A stretch of DNA of 64,000 bases, taken from contig JBKJUS010000012.1 of NCBI GenBank assembly GCA_046590575.1, positions 24,222-88,221 on the forward strand, written 5' to 3'. Made by a program: the position numbers and the translations under genes. The notes below the pieces were generated by a model. The model saw only the letters and a list, made by a program, of their open reading frames with translations, was not told the origin of the DNA and did not search any database. Below, in pieces: positions 56,411-64,000 of this stretch. The stretch's first letter is position 1. Every line of letters begins with the position of its first letter. Origin of the DNA: Mycobacteriales bacterium (lineage in GTDB: Bacteria > Actinomycetota > Actinomycetes > BP-191).

Positions 56411-57730
56411 ATGCTGCTCGCCCGCCGCGCTGCCCCTCTGGTCGCGCTTGCCCTGCTCGTCGCCTCGCCCAGCTACTCGCCCGCCCAGGCACCTGCGCCG
56501 CGCGGCGCAAAGGGCTTCACCGTCGTCGCGCAGATCCCCGGGCCGGGCGGCACAGACCTGGAGTTCCTCAGTCGCAGGCTCACCAACTTCCGGGATGCCC
56601 GCGGGAAGATGGTCACCCCCGCACGCCCAGTCACTCGGCACTTCGCGGTGGTGGGCAATCAGAGGTCCAACGCGACGATCGTCGACATCACCAACCCAGA
56701 GAAGCCGTACGTCGCGGCCACGATCCCGTGCACGCTCAGCCAGGGTGACATCCAGGTCAACGCCGCGCGGAGCATCGTGGTCATCGCCAACGGCACTGGA
56801 AGCGCCGCCGAGGCGTGCTCGTTCGTGGACGCCGCCGACGGCGAGACCAAGCCGATGCCGCCGGGGTCGGCGATCGTCGACATCAAGAACATCTACTCCC
56901 CAAAGGTCGTCGCGTCGGCGCCTACCGCCGACGGCTCGCACAACCAGACTCTGCACCCCGCGGGCCGCTACCTCTACATCTCGACCTCGAACATCACCGA
57001 GGCTGACGGCCGCGTCCCGATCTACGACCTGGCCGACATCCGCCGACCCAAGTTGGTTGCGACGTTCTCCACACCCGGCAACGCTCCGCACGACGTCCGC
57101 TTCAACCCCAAGGGCACGCGCGCCTACCTCGCCGGCATCAGCCAATACCGCATCCTCGACACGACGAACCCGGCCGCGCCCAAGCTGGTGAGCGTGTTCT
57201 ACCCGCCGGGCAACTCCATCGGCCACGACACACTCGTTACCCCCGACGGCGCCTACCTCTTCGCCGGCGACGAGGGCGGCGGTGGCAGTACCTACCCCTG
57301 CCCGGGCGGTGCGATCCACGTCTTCGACATCCGGACGGAAGCAGCGCCGGTCTACCTCGGGCAGGCTTACGCTGGCGCCGGCCCGGTCACTAACCGCGAC
57401 GCCGAGCCCACCACGGAGGTGGGCGCGCTCACGGCGTGCACCGCACACGTCATGGAGCTCAACCCGGACAAGCTGTCGCTCACCGCCGGCTGGTACGGCG
57501 CGGGCAGCCGGGTCTTCCGCTTCGACGACCTCTACAACGACGGCACCACTCCGTCACCGGGTCCGGCTTTTGCCTACGGCCACGACGGGGTCGGTCTCGT
57601 GGAGGCCGGCTGGATCGCGCCCGAGGGTGCCAACACCTGGTCCGCAAAGCAGTACGCCCCGGTGCCCGGGTACATCTTCTCCGACGACACCAAGCTCGGC
57701 TTCTACGTCACCCGGCTGCCCAAGAAGTAG
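56411..57730 (+). CDS. Secreted LVIVD-repeat beta-propeller protein
   Basis: Signal peptide; IVDITNP, IVDIKN, IYDLAD, ILDTTNP, VFDIRT repeats; HN, HD, HD and GDE residues. Confidence 0.8.
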   Translation: MLLARRAAPLVALALLVASPSYSPAQAPAPRGAKGFTVVAQIPGPGGTDLEFLSRRLTNFRDARGKMVTPARPVTRHFAVVGNQRSNATIVDITNPEKPYVAATIPCTLSQGDIQVNAARSIVVIANGTGSAAEACSFVDAADGETKPMPPGSAIVDIKNIYSPKVVASAPTADGSHNQTLHPAGRYLYISTSNITEADGRVPIYDLADIRRPKLVATFSTPGNAPHDVRFNPKGTRAYLAGISQYRILDTTNPAAPKLVSVFYPPGNSIGHDTLVTPDGAYLFAGDEGGGGSTYPCPGGAIHVFDIRTEAAPVYLGQAYAGAGPVTNRDAEPTTEVGALTACTAHVMELNPDKLSLTAGWYGAGSRVFRFDDLYNDGTTPSPGPAFAYGHDGVGLVEAGWIAPEGANTWSAKQYAPVPGYIFSDDTKLGFYVTRLPKK

Positions 57731-57776
57731 ACCTCCCTGCCCGTGACGATCCACCATGGGTGCCGGCCTGATCGGC

Positions 57777-59006
57777 TCAGCCCCGGATGACCGCGGGAGG
57801 GCCGCGCACGGCGGTGCCGTCGGGCCGGTAAAGGGTGAAGTGGCCGGGAGTGCCGGTCAGGGTCCACCCGCGGCTCAGCAGGCCGTGGTGGTAGCGGCAG
57901 AGCAGGCACAGGTTGGCGAGGTCGGTCAGCCCGCCGTCTTCCCAGGGCAGCAGATGATGGGCTTCGCACCAGCGGGGCGGGCGACCGCAGACGACGCAGC
58001 CTCGGTCGCGGGCGGCCAGCGCGCGGCGCTGCGCGGGGCTGGCGGTGCGAATCGCCCGGCCGTGGTCGAGAATCTCGCTCGGCCCGCGCATGAGCAGCCG
58101 GCTGATCGCCGCATCGTCGGTGAGCTGGCAGAGCGTGGCGAGGTCGATGACGGCGCCGGTGTGCTCGAGGACCGCGGGCTCGAAGCCGCCCACCGCGTCC
58201 AGGGCCAGGGTGCCGCGGCCGTAGCGGCGCGCCGCGGCGAGGGTGTCCAACGGCACGTGCACGACCAGCTGCGGGCGGCTGCCGCCCATCTCCGGCAGCC
58301 GGCCGGTGTCGAGGGCGTCGCGGACCAGGTCGTAGAGCCCGTCGTGACGGCGCTGCGCGGCAGTGCGGGTGTCTTCCGGGCCGGTGGGCTGGCTCGCTGC
58401 GTCTAACGCCAGCAGCAGCGCCTCCCCGACGAGTGGGGTGAGCAGGCCGCTCACCGCGACCATCCCGTTGAGAGTCTTCGACGCGAACAGTTTGCGGGTC
58501 TCATCCCGCGGCCCGGTGTCGCGGCTGTGCCGACCGGCATCGACGCGGTGCCGGAAGCGTTCGACCACGATCCGCAGCCGCCCGGGGTCCAGCCGCTCGG
58601 CCGCCTCGACCAGGGTCGGCTCGGCCTGCTCGACCAGCTCACGGTCCAGGCCTTCAACGCCGCCAACGAGCGCCCGGACATGCTCGAAGCCGATCCGCCC
58701 GTCCGCAAACGCTGCGGCCGTCGAAGGCAGGTCACCGCGGGCGAACGCCCGAGCCGCGTAGACCCGGCCGAACGCCGCCCCGCGGGTCATCCGGCCGACG
58801 CCGACCAGCCACGCCCCCGTCGACGTCGCGCCGCCAACCTCGGCGCCGCCATGACGGTCGAAGTGGCCGATCCGCCGGACGATCTGCGCGTCGAGCCGAG
58901 CCTGCAACGACAGCAGCCCGACGATGTCCTCGCCCACCACACCCACCGGACAGGCGAACAGGTCAGCGCCAGCCAACTCGTCGATCGCCGAACCCAGAGC
59001 ACTCAC
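57777..59006 (-). CDS. DUF222 + HNH endonuclease (13E12-repeat-like)
   Basis: DTRTAAQRRHD, RDRGCVVCGRP...CEAHH...GGLTDLANLCLLCRYHH; GGAGG RBS. Confidence 0.9.
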   Translation of the reverse strand: MSALGSAIDELAGADLFACPVGVVGEDIVGLLSLQARLDAQIVRRIGHFDRHGGAEVGGATSTGAWLVGVGRMTRGAAFGRVYAARAFARGDLPSTAAAFADGRIGFEHVRALVGGVEGLDRELVEQAEPTLVEAAERLDPGRLRIVVERFRHRVDAGRHSRDTGPRDETRKLFASKTLNGMVAVSGLLTPLVGEALLLALDAASQPTGPEDTRTAAQRRHDGLYDLVRDALDTGRLPEMGGSRPQLVVHVPLDTLAAARRYGRGTLALDAVGGFEPAVLEHTGAVIDLATLCQLTDDAAISRLLMRGPSEILDHGRAIRTASPAQRRALAARDRGCVVCGRPPRWCEAHHLLPWEDGGLTDLANLCLLCRYHHGLLSRGWTLTGTPGHFTLYRPDGTAVRGPPAVIRG

Positions 59007-59032
59007 CCGCCACACCTCCCGCCGTACCCGAG

Positions 59033-59048
59033 TCGAATACGTGTTCGA
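59033..59048. promoter_or_regulatory. LexA (SOS) box upstream of the DUF222-HNH gene
   Basis: TCGAATACGTGTTCGA, one mismatch to the actinobacterial TCGAAC-N4-GTTCGA. Confidence 0.75.
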
Positions 59049-59169
59049 CTACCAAGGTAACGGGCAGAACTGCCAGAAAACGGTGTAGCGCAGCGAATGT
59101 GGACAACTATTCGGCCTGCCCCTGGGCCGCCGCATAGAGTGGGCTGGTCCAGACCACAGAGAGAGCACG

Positions 59170-60663
59170 GTGAGCGAGCGCACAGAGGCGAGCGTCGACC
59201 AGGTGCTCGCCGGGCGCTATCGGCTACTGCGCCCAGTCACCCGTCATCGGGTCAGCACGTTGTGGCGCGGAGTCGACGAGGTGCTCGCCCGACCGGTTGC
59301 CGTGCGCACGCTGGAGCGGCCGGAGACGGTGGTCGGCGGCAAGGACGCCTACCTCGCGGCAGCGGTCCTCGCCGGCCGACTGGCCCATCCTCGAATCGCC
59401 AGCATCTACGACGCGGCCGAGGAGGATGGCCTGCCCTATGTCGTGAGTGAGTGGGTCGACGGCGGATCGCTGGCCGCGCTGCTTGCCCGAGGTCCGCTTG
59501 ACGCGCCGCGCGCGACAACCGTCGTAGCCCAAGTGGCCGAGGCGACGGCGTACGCCCATCGTCGAGGGGTTGCGCATCTCGACCTCGACGCGCTCAACGT
59601 GCTGCTCTGCGCGGACGGCTCGACGAAAGTCACCGACTTTCGGCTCGGCGCGTTGCTGCGAGCAGCAGCAGACGCGACTCCGCCCCCGGCCGAACGCCAG
59701 GACGGGTCGCTGGACCCTGACGACGAAGCGAGAGACGTCCGAGGGCTCGGCGCGCTCCTCTACGCCTGCCTGACCGCGCGGTCGGCGTCCGGTAGCGAAG
59801 CCGAGCTGCCCCCGGCTCCCACCAGGGATGGCGCCCTGCTCAGCCCTCGGCAGGTCCGCGCCGGAGTGCCGCGCGAAGTCGACGCAGTGGTCGCCCGGCT
59901 GCTGCTTCCGACCAAACCGCGCGGTGCGGCGCCCCTCACCTCGGCGGCCGACGTGGTCGCCGCCCTGGCCCACCTGCCCGGGGCGGGCGCCTCGGCGCGC
60001 TCGAGTGAGCCGACACCGCTGGTCCGGCCGGAGCGGCGGAGGGTCACCCGGTGGCTGCGCTGGGGGGTGCCCGCGCTACTCGTAGCCGGGCTCGGCGCAG
60101 CAGCGCTCGCCGCGGGTTACAGCATCGGCGAGCTGCCCCGCCCGCCCGGTGCGATCTCGCCGCTCGAGGCTCCGGCCAGCGCCGTGCCGGCCGCACCCGA
60201 GGTCGACCCTGCCACGGCCGCTGCTCGAGTAGTCGCAGTAGCCGCCTTCGACCCACGCCCGGGTGACGGCCAAGAACGCAACCAGACCGTGCCGCTGGCC
60301 ACCGACGGCGACCCCTCGACCGCCTGGGAGACCGTGCAGTACCGCAGCGCCGACTTCGGCCGGCTCAAGGACGGTGTCGGGTTGCTCTTCGACCTTGGCT
60401 CATCCGTCAAGGTGCGCAGCGTCGAGGTGGCCTTCGCCCAGAAGGGCCTCTCGGTGGAGCTGCGCGCCGCCAACGAGCGTGGCTCCTCGGTCGGCGACTA
60501 TGCAGTGGTCGCGCAAGTCAGTGATGCCGCTGCACGTGTTGCCCTGCGCCCAGCAGCATCCACGCCGCCGTCGCGCTACTGGTTGGTGTGGGTCACCAAG
60601 CTGGTGAAGTCCGACGGCGACAAATTCAAGGCGGGTGTGGCAGAGGTCGTCTTCGGCCGATGA
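59170..60663 (+). CDS. Membrane Ser/Thr pseudokinase with extracellular C-terminal domain (homolog of the C-terminal part of mycobacterial MviN)
   Basis: Kinase fold with degenerate motifs (no Gly loop, VAVR, HLDLDALN, DFR); TM; DGDPSTAW...KDGVGL...YWLVW. Confidence 0.85.
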   Translation: MSERTEASVDQVLAGRYRLLRPVTRHRVSTLWRGVDEVLARPVAVRTLERPETVVGGKDAYLAAAVLAGRLAHPRIASIYDAAEEDGLPYVVSEWVDGGSLAALLARGPLDAPRATTVVAQVAEATAYAHRRGVAHLDLDALNVLLCADGSTKVTDFRLGALLRAAADATPPPAERQDGSLDPDDEARDVRGLGALLYACLTARSASGSEAELPPAPTRDGALLSPRQVRAGVPREVDAVVARLLLPTKPRGAAPLTSAADVVAALAHLPGAGASARSSEPTPLVRPERRRVTRWLRWGVPALLVAGLGAAALAAGYSIGELPRPPGAISPLEAPASAVPAAPEVDPATAAARVVAVAAFDPRPGDGQERNQTVPLATDGDPSTAWETVQYRSADFGRLKDGVGLLFDLGSSVKVRSVEVAFAQKGLSVELRAANERGSSVGDYAVVAQVSDAAARVALRPAASTPPSRYWLVWVTKLVKSDGDKFKAGVAEVVFGR

Positions 60664-60693
60664 CGCCGCGGTAATCGCTACGCTCGACGCGCG

Positions 60694-61320
60694 ATGCCTG
60701 AAGACCTGAGCGAGCTCGACGACGCGGCCCTGATGACGCGGCACCTCGATGGTGACGAGTCGGCGTTCGGTGTGCTCGTCGCGCGACACCGGGACCGAGC
60801 CTGGTCCGTGGCGCTTCGCACGCTCGGCGACCCGAGCGAAGCCGCTGACGCCGTGCAGGACGCCTTTCTCTCTGCGTTCCGCGCGGCGAGCAGCTTCCGC
60901 AGCGAGGCGAAGTTCTCCACCTGGCTGCACCGCATCGTGGTCAACGCCTGCCTGGACCGGATGCGGCGGGCCCGAGTGCGCCCCGCTGTGCCGCTCGATG
61001 ACGCGACAGCAGCGACGATCGCCGATCCGTACGACGCCTACGCCGCGAGCGACCTCTCCGCCGATATCGCGGGCGCGCTGGCCCGGATCGGCGAGGACCA
61101 GCGCGTCGCGATCGTGCTGGTGGATGTGCACGGGATGGCTGTCGAGGAGGCTGCGGCTGTGCTGGGGGTGCCAGCCGGCACCGTGAAGTCACGCTGTCAC
61201 CGCGGGCGGGCCGCCCTCGCCGCCCAACTCGCGCACCTGCGCCCGCGCCGGGGAACCGAGCCCGGAGATGGCGCGTCGAACCAGACGAGCCCATCCGCAC
61301 CGACCCCGAGCGAGTCATGA
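60694..61320 (+). CDS. sigM: ECF sigma factor SigM
   Basis: DAVQDAF, TWLHRIVVNACLDR, GTVKSRCHRGR; conserved position before trxB. Confidence 0.92.
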   Translation: MPEDLSELDDAALMTRHLDGDESAFGVLVARHRDRAWSVALRTLGDPSEAADAVQDAFLSAFRAASSFRSEAKFSTWLHRIVVNACLDRMRRARVRPAVPLDDATAATIADPYDAYAASDLSADIAGALARIGEDQRVAIVLVDVHGMAVEEAAAVLGVPAGTVKSRCHRGRAALAAQLAHLRPRRGTEPGDGASNQTSPSAPTPSES

Positions 61321-62192
61321 CCGATCTCACGGACCACCCCGACCCCGAGACGCTGGCGGCCTGCGCCGCCGGTGACCTCGAGCCCGGTGCCGCCGAGACG
61401 GTCTCTCGCCACCTCACCGGCTGCGCCGACTGCGCGGCCGACGCGGCCGCCATTGCGCGAGTCACCGACGCCCTCGCCTTGCTGCCGCCGCTCGCCATGC
61501 CGGTCGACGTCATCACCTCCCTGGAGCGGGCCCTCGAGGCCGAGCGAAACGCCGCCACTGGCCCAGCGGCAGAGACCGTCGCGCTGCCCGCTGGGGTCAC
61601 CGTTCCGCCGTCGCTCGCCGATGCCCGGCGACGCCGGCGCCCCACGCTGGCGCCGTATGCGGCTGCGGCTGCCGTCATCGGACTCGCTGCCGCGGTCGGC
61701 CTGGGTGCACTGCGGGACAACGGGATGCGCGATCGGGACGCCTCGAGCGCCCTCGACGCCGGCGGCGACTCTCTCGCCGAGCCAGCCACACTGCAGCTGC
61801 AGAGCGGGACCGACTACGCCGCTGGCACCCTCGCCGACCAAGTTCGCACTGCGCTGTCGGCACCGGCGAGCACCGAGCTCAAGGCGGCCGCGCCAGGTGG
61901 CGCTGTCCCGGCTCCCGGCTCAGTGGCCGACCCCGGCAGCCCCGCGGCGGAGGATGCCCGGGCCGCTCGGGCCGCGCCACTTGGCCCGCAAGACCTCGAC
62001 TCCTGCCTGCAGGAGCTCTCCGGCGGCCCTGGCGCGCAGCCAGTGCTCGTCGACTCCGCGACCTACGCGGGCATGCCGGCGCTGGTGATCGTGCTGGCGT
62101 TCCGGACCGACAAACTCGATGTCTTCGTCGTCCGGCCGGACTGCCGGGTCGGCAACGACGCGCTGATCTACTTCCAGCGCATCGACGCCTGA
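61317..62192 (+). CDS. ZAS-type anti-sigma factor (RsmA-like)
   Basis: HLTGCADC (HxxxCxxC), TM, SGTDY, C-terminal Cys pair; ATGA overlap with sigM. Confidence 0.85.
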   Translation: MTDLTDHPDPETLAACAAGDLEPGAAETVSRHLTGCADCAADAAAIARVTDALALLPPLAMPVDVITSLERALEAERNAATGPAAETVALPAGVTVPPSLADARRRRRPTLAPYAAAAAVIGLAAAVGLGALRDNGMRDRDASSALDAGGDSLAEPATLQLQSGTDYAAGTLADQVRTALSAPASTELKAAAPGGAVPAPGSVADPGSPAAEDARAARAAPLGPQDLDSCLQELSGGPGAQPVLVDSATYAGMPALVIVLAFRTDKLDVFVVRPDCRVGNDALIYFQRIDA

Positions 62193-62749
62193 CCCCCGCG
62201 ACCCTTCTGACGCTTTTTCGTCGATGGCGGCTGCGTCCAGAACCACGCGCCCGCGGCCGCCGCGAGGTACGGCGGACCGACGGTGCCGCCAGGCGCGAGC
62301 AGTCCGGCTGATCCCTCCAGGACGAAGGAGAGCGCCGCGGACAGCACGGCGTAGAACACCGCGACGAGACGCACCGGCACTCCTCGCGCGCCGCCCGCGC
62401 CACGCTCCGCGGCAATCGCGCAGAGGATCCCGATGCCGGCCGGTACGAGGAGCGAGAAGTAACGCACCTCGACATACTGCTGGCCGACGAACCCACTCAG
62501 GACGGCCGTCAGATGGGCGAGCACCGCGGCCCCGACGACCGCGCGCAGGTCGACCGGCGGACGGGGCGCCGTGGCACTGCTGCGCCCCCCGCAGACCTGG
62601 CAGCCACCACCGGTAGCAGCAGCCGCATCGGCCGAGCAGCGTGGTCGGGCACACACCGGGCACGCGTCTGCCGCCGGTCGGGACGGGTGGACCGCACAGC
62701 GGTCCGCCTGAAGAGCGGCGGGCCCAGCAGTTTCGACGGCAGTCAGCAC
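62168..62749 (-). CDS. B-box-like Zn finger + TM hypothetical protein
   Basis: CAVHP....CPVCARPRC...CQVC followed by about four TM helices. Confidence 0.65.
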   Translation of the reverse strand: MLTAVETAGPAALQADRCAVHPSRPAADACPVCARPRCSADAAAATGGGCQVCGGRSSATAPRPPVDLRAVVGAAVLAHLTAVLSGFVGQQYVEVRYFSLLVPAGIGILCAIAAERGAGGARGVPVRLVAVFYAVLSAALSFVLEGSAGLLAPGGTVGPPYLAAAAGAWFWTQPPSTKKRQKGRGGQASMRWK

Positions 62750-62893
62750 GCGCGAATCCTCGCACGCGCCGCGTGCCGTCCGCCGATCGTCATCATTCGG
62801 CGGAATCTGCACGTGACTACCATCGGTTGACCCTGGCGGACGACGTAACGCCGGACCCGCCGGGACCGGACCACATACGAGAGGCGACACCCC

Positions 62894-63868
62894 GTGAGCG
62901 GCACCACCAGAGAAGTGATCATCATCGGATCGGGTCCGGCCGGCCTGACAGCCGCCCTCTACAGCGCCAGGGCCGAGCTAGCACCCCTGGTGGTCGAGGG
63001 GATCGCCGCGGGCGGACAGCTGATGTTGACCACAGAAGTGGAGAACTTCCCGGGCTTCCCGACCGGAATCATGGGTCCGGAGCTGATGGACAACATGCGG
63101 CAGCAGGCGGAGCGGTTCGGTGCGGAGTTCCTCACCGACGACGTGTCGCGGGTGGATCTCACCGGCGAGATCAAGCGGGTCTGGGTAGGCGACGTCGAAC
63201 ACACCGCACGGACCGTGATCATCTCGACCGGAGCCAAGGCCAACTGGCTCAACCTGCCCAACGAGCAGCGCCTCATCGGGCGTGGGGCGTCGAGCTGCGC
63301 GACCTGCGACGGATTCTTCTTCCGCGACCACGACATCGCCGTCGTCGGCGGCGGCGACTCGGCGCTCGAGGAGGCCACCTTCCTCACCCGGTTCGCCAAG
63401 TCAGTGACCGTGTTGGTACGCCGGGACGCCCTGCGCGCCAGCAAGATCATGCAAGAGCGGGCCCACGCCAACGACAAGATCAGCTTTCGGTGGAACGTCG
63501 CCGTCGAGGACGTCCTCGGCGCCGAGACGGTCGAAGGCCTCGTGCTGCGCGACACGGTCACCGGCGAGCAGTCGACACTGGCAGTCACGGGGCTCTTCGT
63601 AGCCATCGGCCACACACCCAACACCGGGCTATTTACCGGTCAGGTCGACCTCGACGACGCCGGCTACATCCGGGTCGATTCGCCCGGCACCCAGACCAAC
63701 CTGGCCGGCGTATTCGCCTGCGGCGACGTCGTGGACCACATCTACCGGCAGGCCATCACTGCCGCTGGGACCGGCTGCGCGGCCAGCCTCGATGCGGAAC
63801 GTCATCTCACCGCCATTGAGGTGGCCCACCCCCAGGGCGCTCAGGTCAGCCAGGTCGCCCAGGCCTAG
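62894..63868 (+). CDS. trxB: Thioredoxin reductase
   Basis: GSGPAG, VENFPGF, CATCDG, GGGDSA, GDV...QAITAAG. Confidence 0.97.
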   Translation: MSGTTREVIIIGSGPAGLTAALYSARAELAPLVVEGIAAGGQLMLTTEVENFPGFPTGIMGPELMDNMRQQAERFGAEFLTDDVSRVDLTGEIKRVWVGDVEHTARTVIISTGAKANWLNLPNEQRLIGRGASSCATCDGFFFRDHDIAVVGGGDSALEEATFLTRFAKSVTVLVRRDALRASKIMQERAHANDKISFRWNVAVEDVLGAETVEGLVLRDTVTGEQSTLAVTGLFVAIGHTPNTGLFTGQVDLDDAGYIRVDSPGTQTNLAGVFACGDVVDHIYRQAITAAGTGCAASLDAERHLTAIEVAHPQGAQVSQVAQA

Positions 63869-64000
63869 CGGGTCAAGCGGGTCGATGACCGGGGCACTCG
63901 CGTCGGGACGCGCCATCCGCGCGGATGCCTCCGGGTCCACTGCGGCCGGCACCAAGCCGGGCCGGACCTCAGCCCGCGGAGCGACCACATGGGGGACAGG

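Noticed and set aside
63869-64000. Apparent absence of trxA right after trxB
   Set aside because: Only about 130 bp remain before the window edge, so it cannot be judged.
1-64000. CRISPR arrays, tRNA/rRNA genes, IS transposases, parS sites
   Set aside because: None recognised by eye. tRNAscan, CRISPR finders and a parS motif scan would be needed to exclude them formally.

Overview
High-GC actinobacterial chromosome segment with the conserved oriC-flanking gene order: dnaB-rplI-rpsR-ssb-rpsF, nfo, GT87, ponA, DUF5318-padR-ino1, MFS, pcnA-NUDIX-DUF6049-murJ, pseudokinase-sigM-rsmA-trxB. It also has a pdhA/B/C-type 2-oxoacid dehydrogenase operon and nucS. The backbone is interleaved with many accessory secreted or surface proteins (BNR/LVIVD propellers, two PGRP-type amidases, M23 and NlpC/P60 peptidases, a CSLREA/DUF11 protein, a cupredoxin), a Gtr-type glycosylation cluster and a LexA-boxed DUF222-HNH gene. 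Regulatory elements seen: a c-di-AMP riboswitch, an S6:S18 leader, DnaA boxes and a probable PadR operator. Most notable signals missed by the ORF track: (1) a decayed, diverged second copy of the nucS 5' end that, with the intact nucS, brackets a 3.3-kb segment carrying a surface-protein gene; (2) an LPxTG-anchored BNR protein interrupted by one in-frame TGA inside a perfect 15-bp inverted repeat; (3) an uncharacterised sensor-like protein translationally coupled to a GAF-PP2C phosphatase; (4) a cryptic Cys-rich CxxCH reading frame; (5) two unannotated microproteins. All assignments are from reading the sequence and recalled family knowledge; no searches were run.
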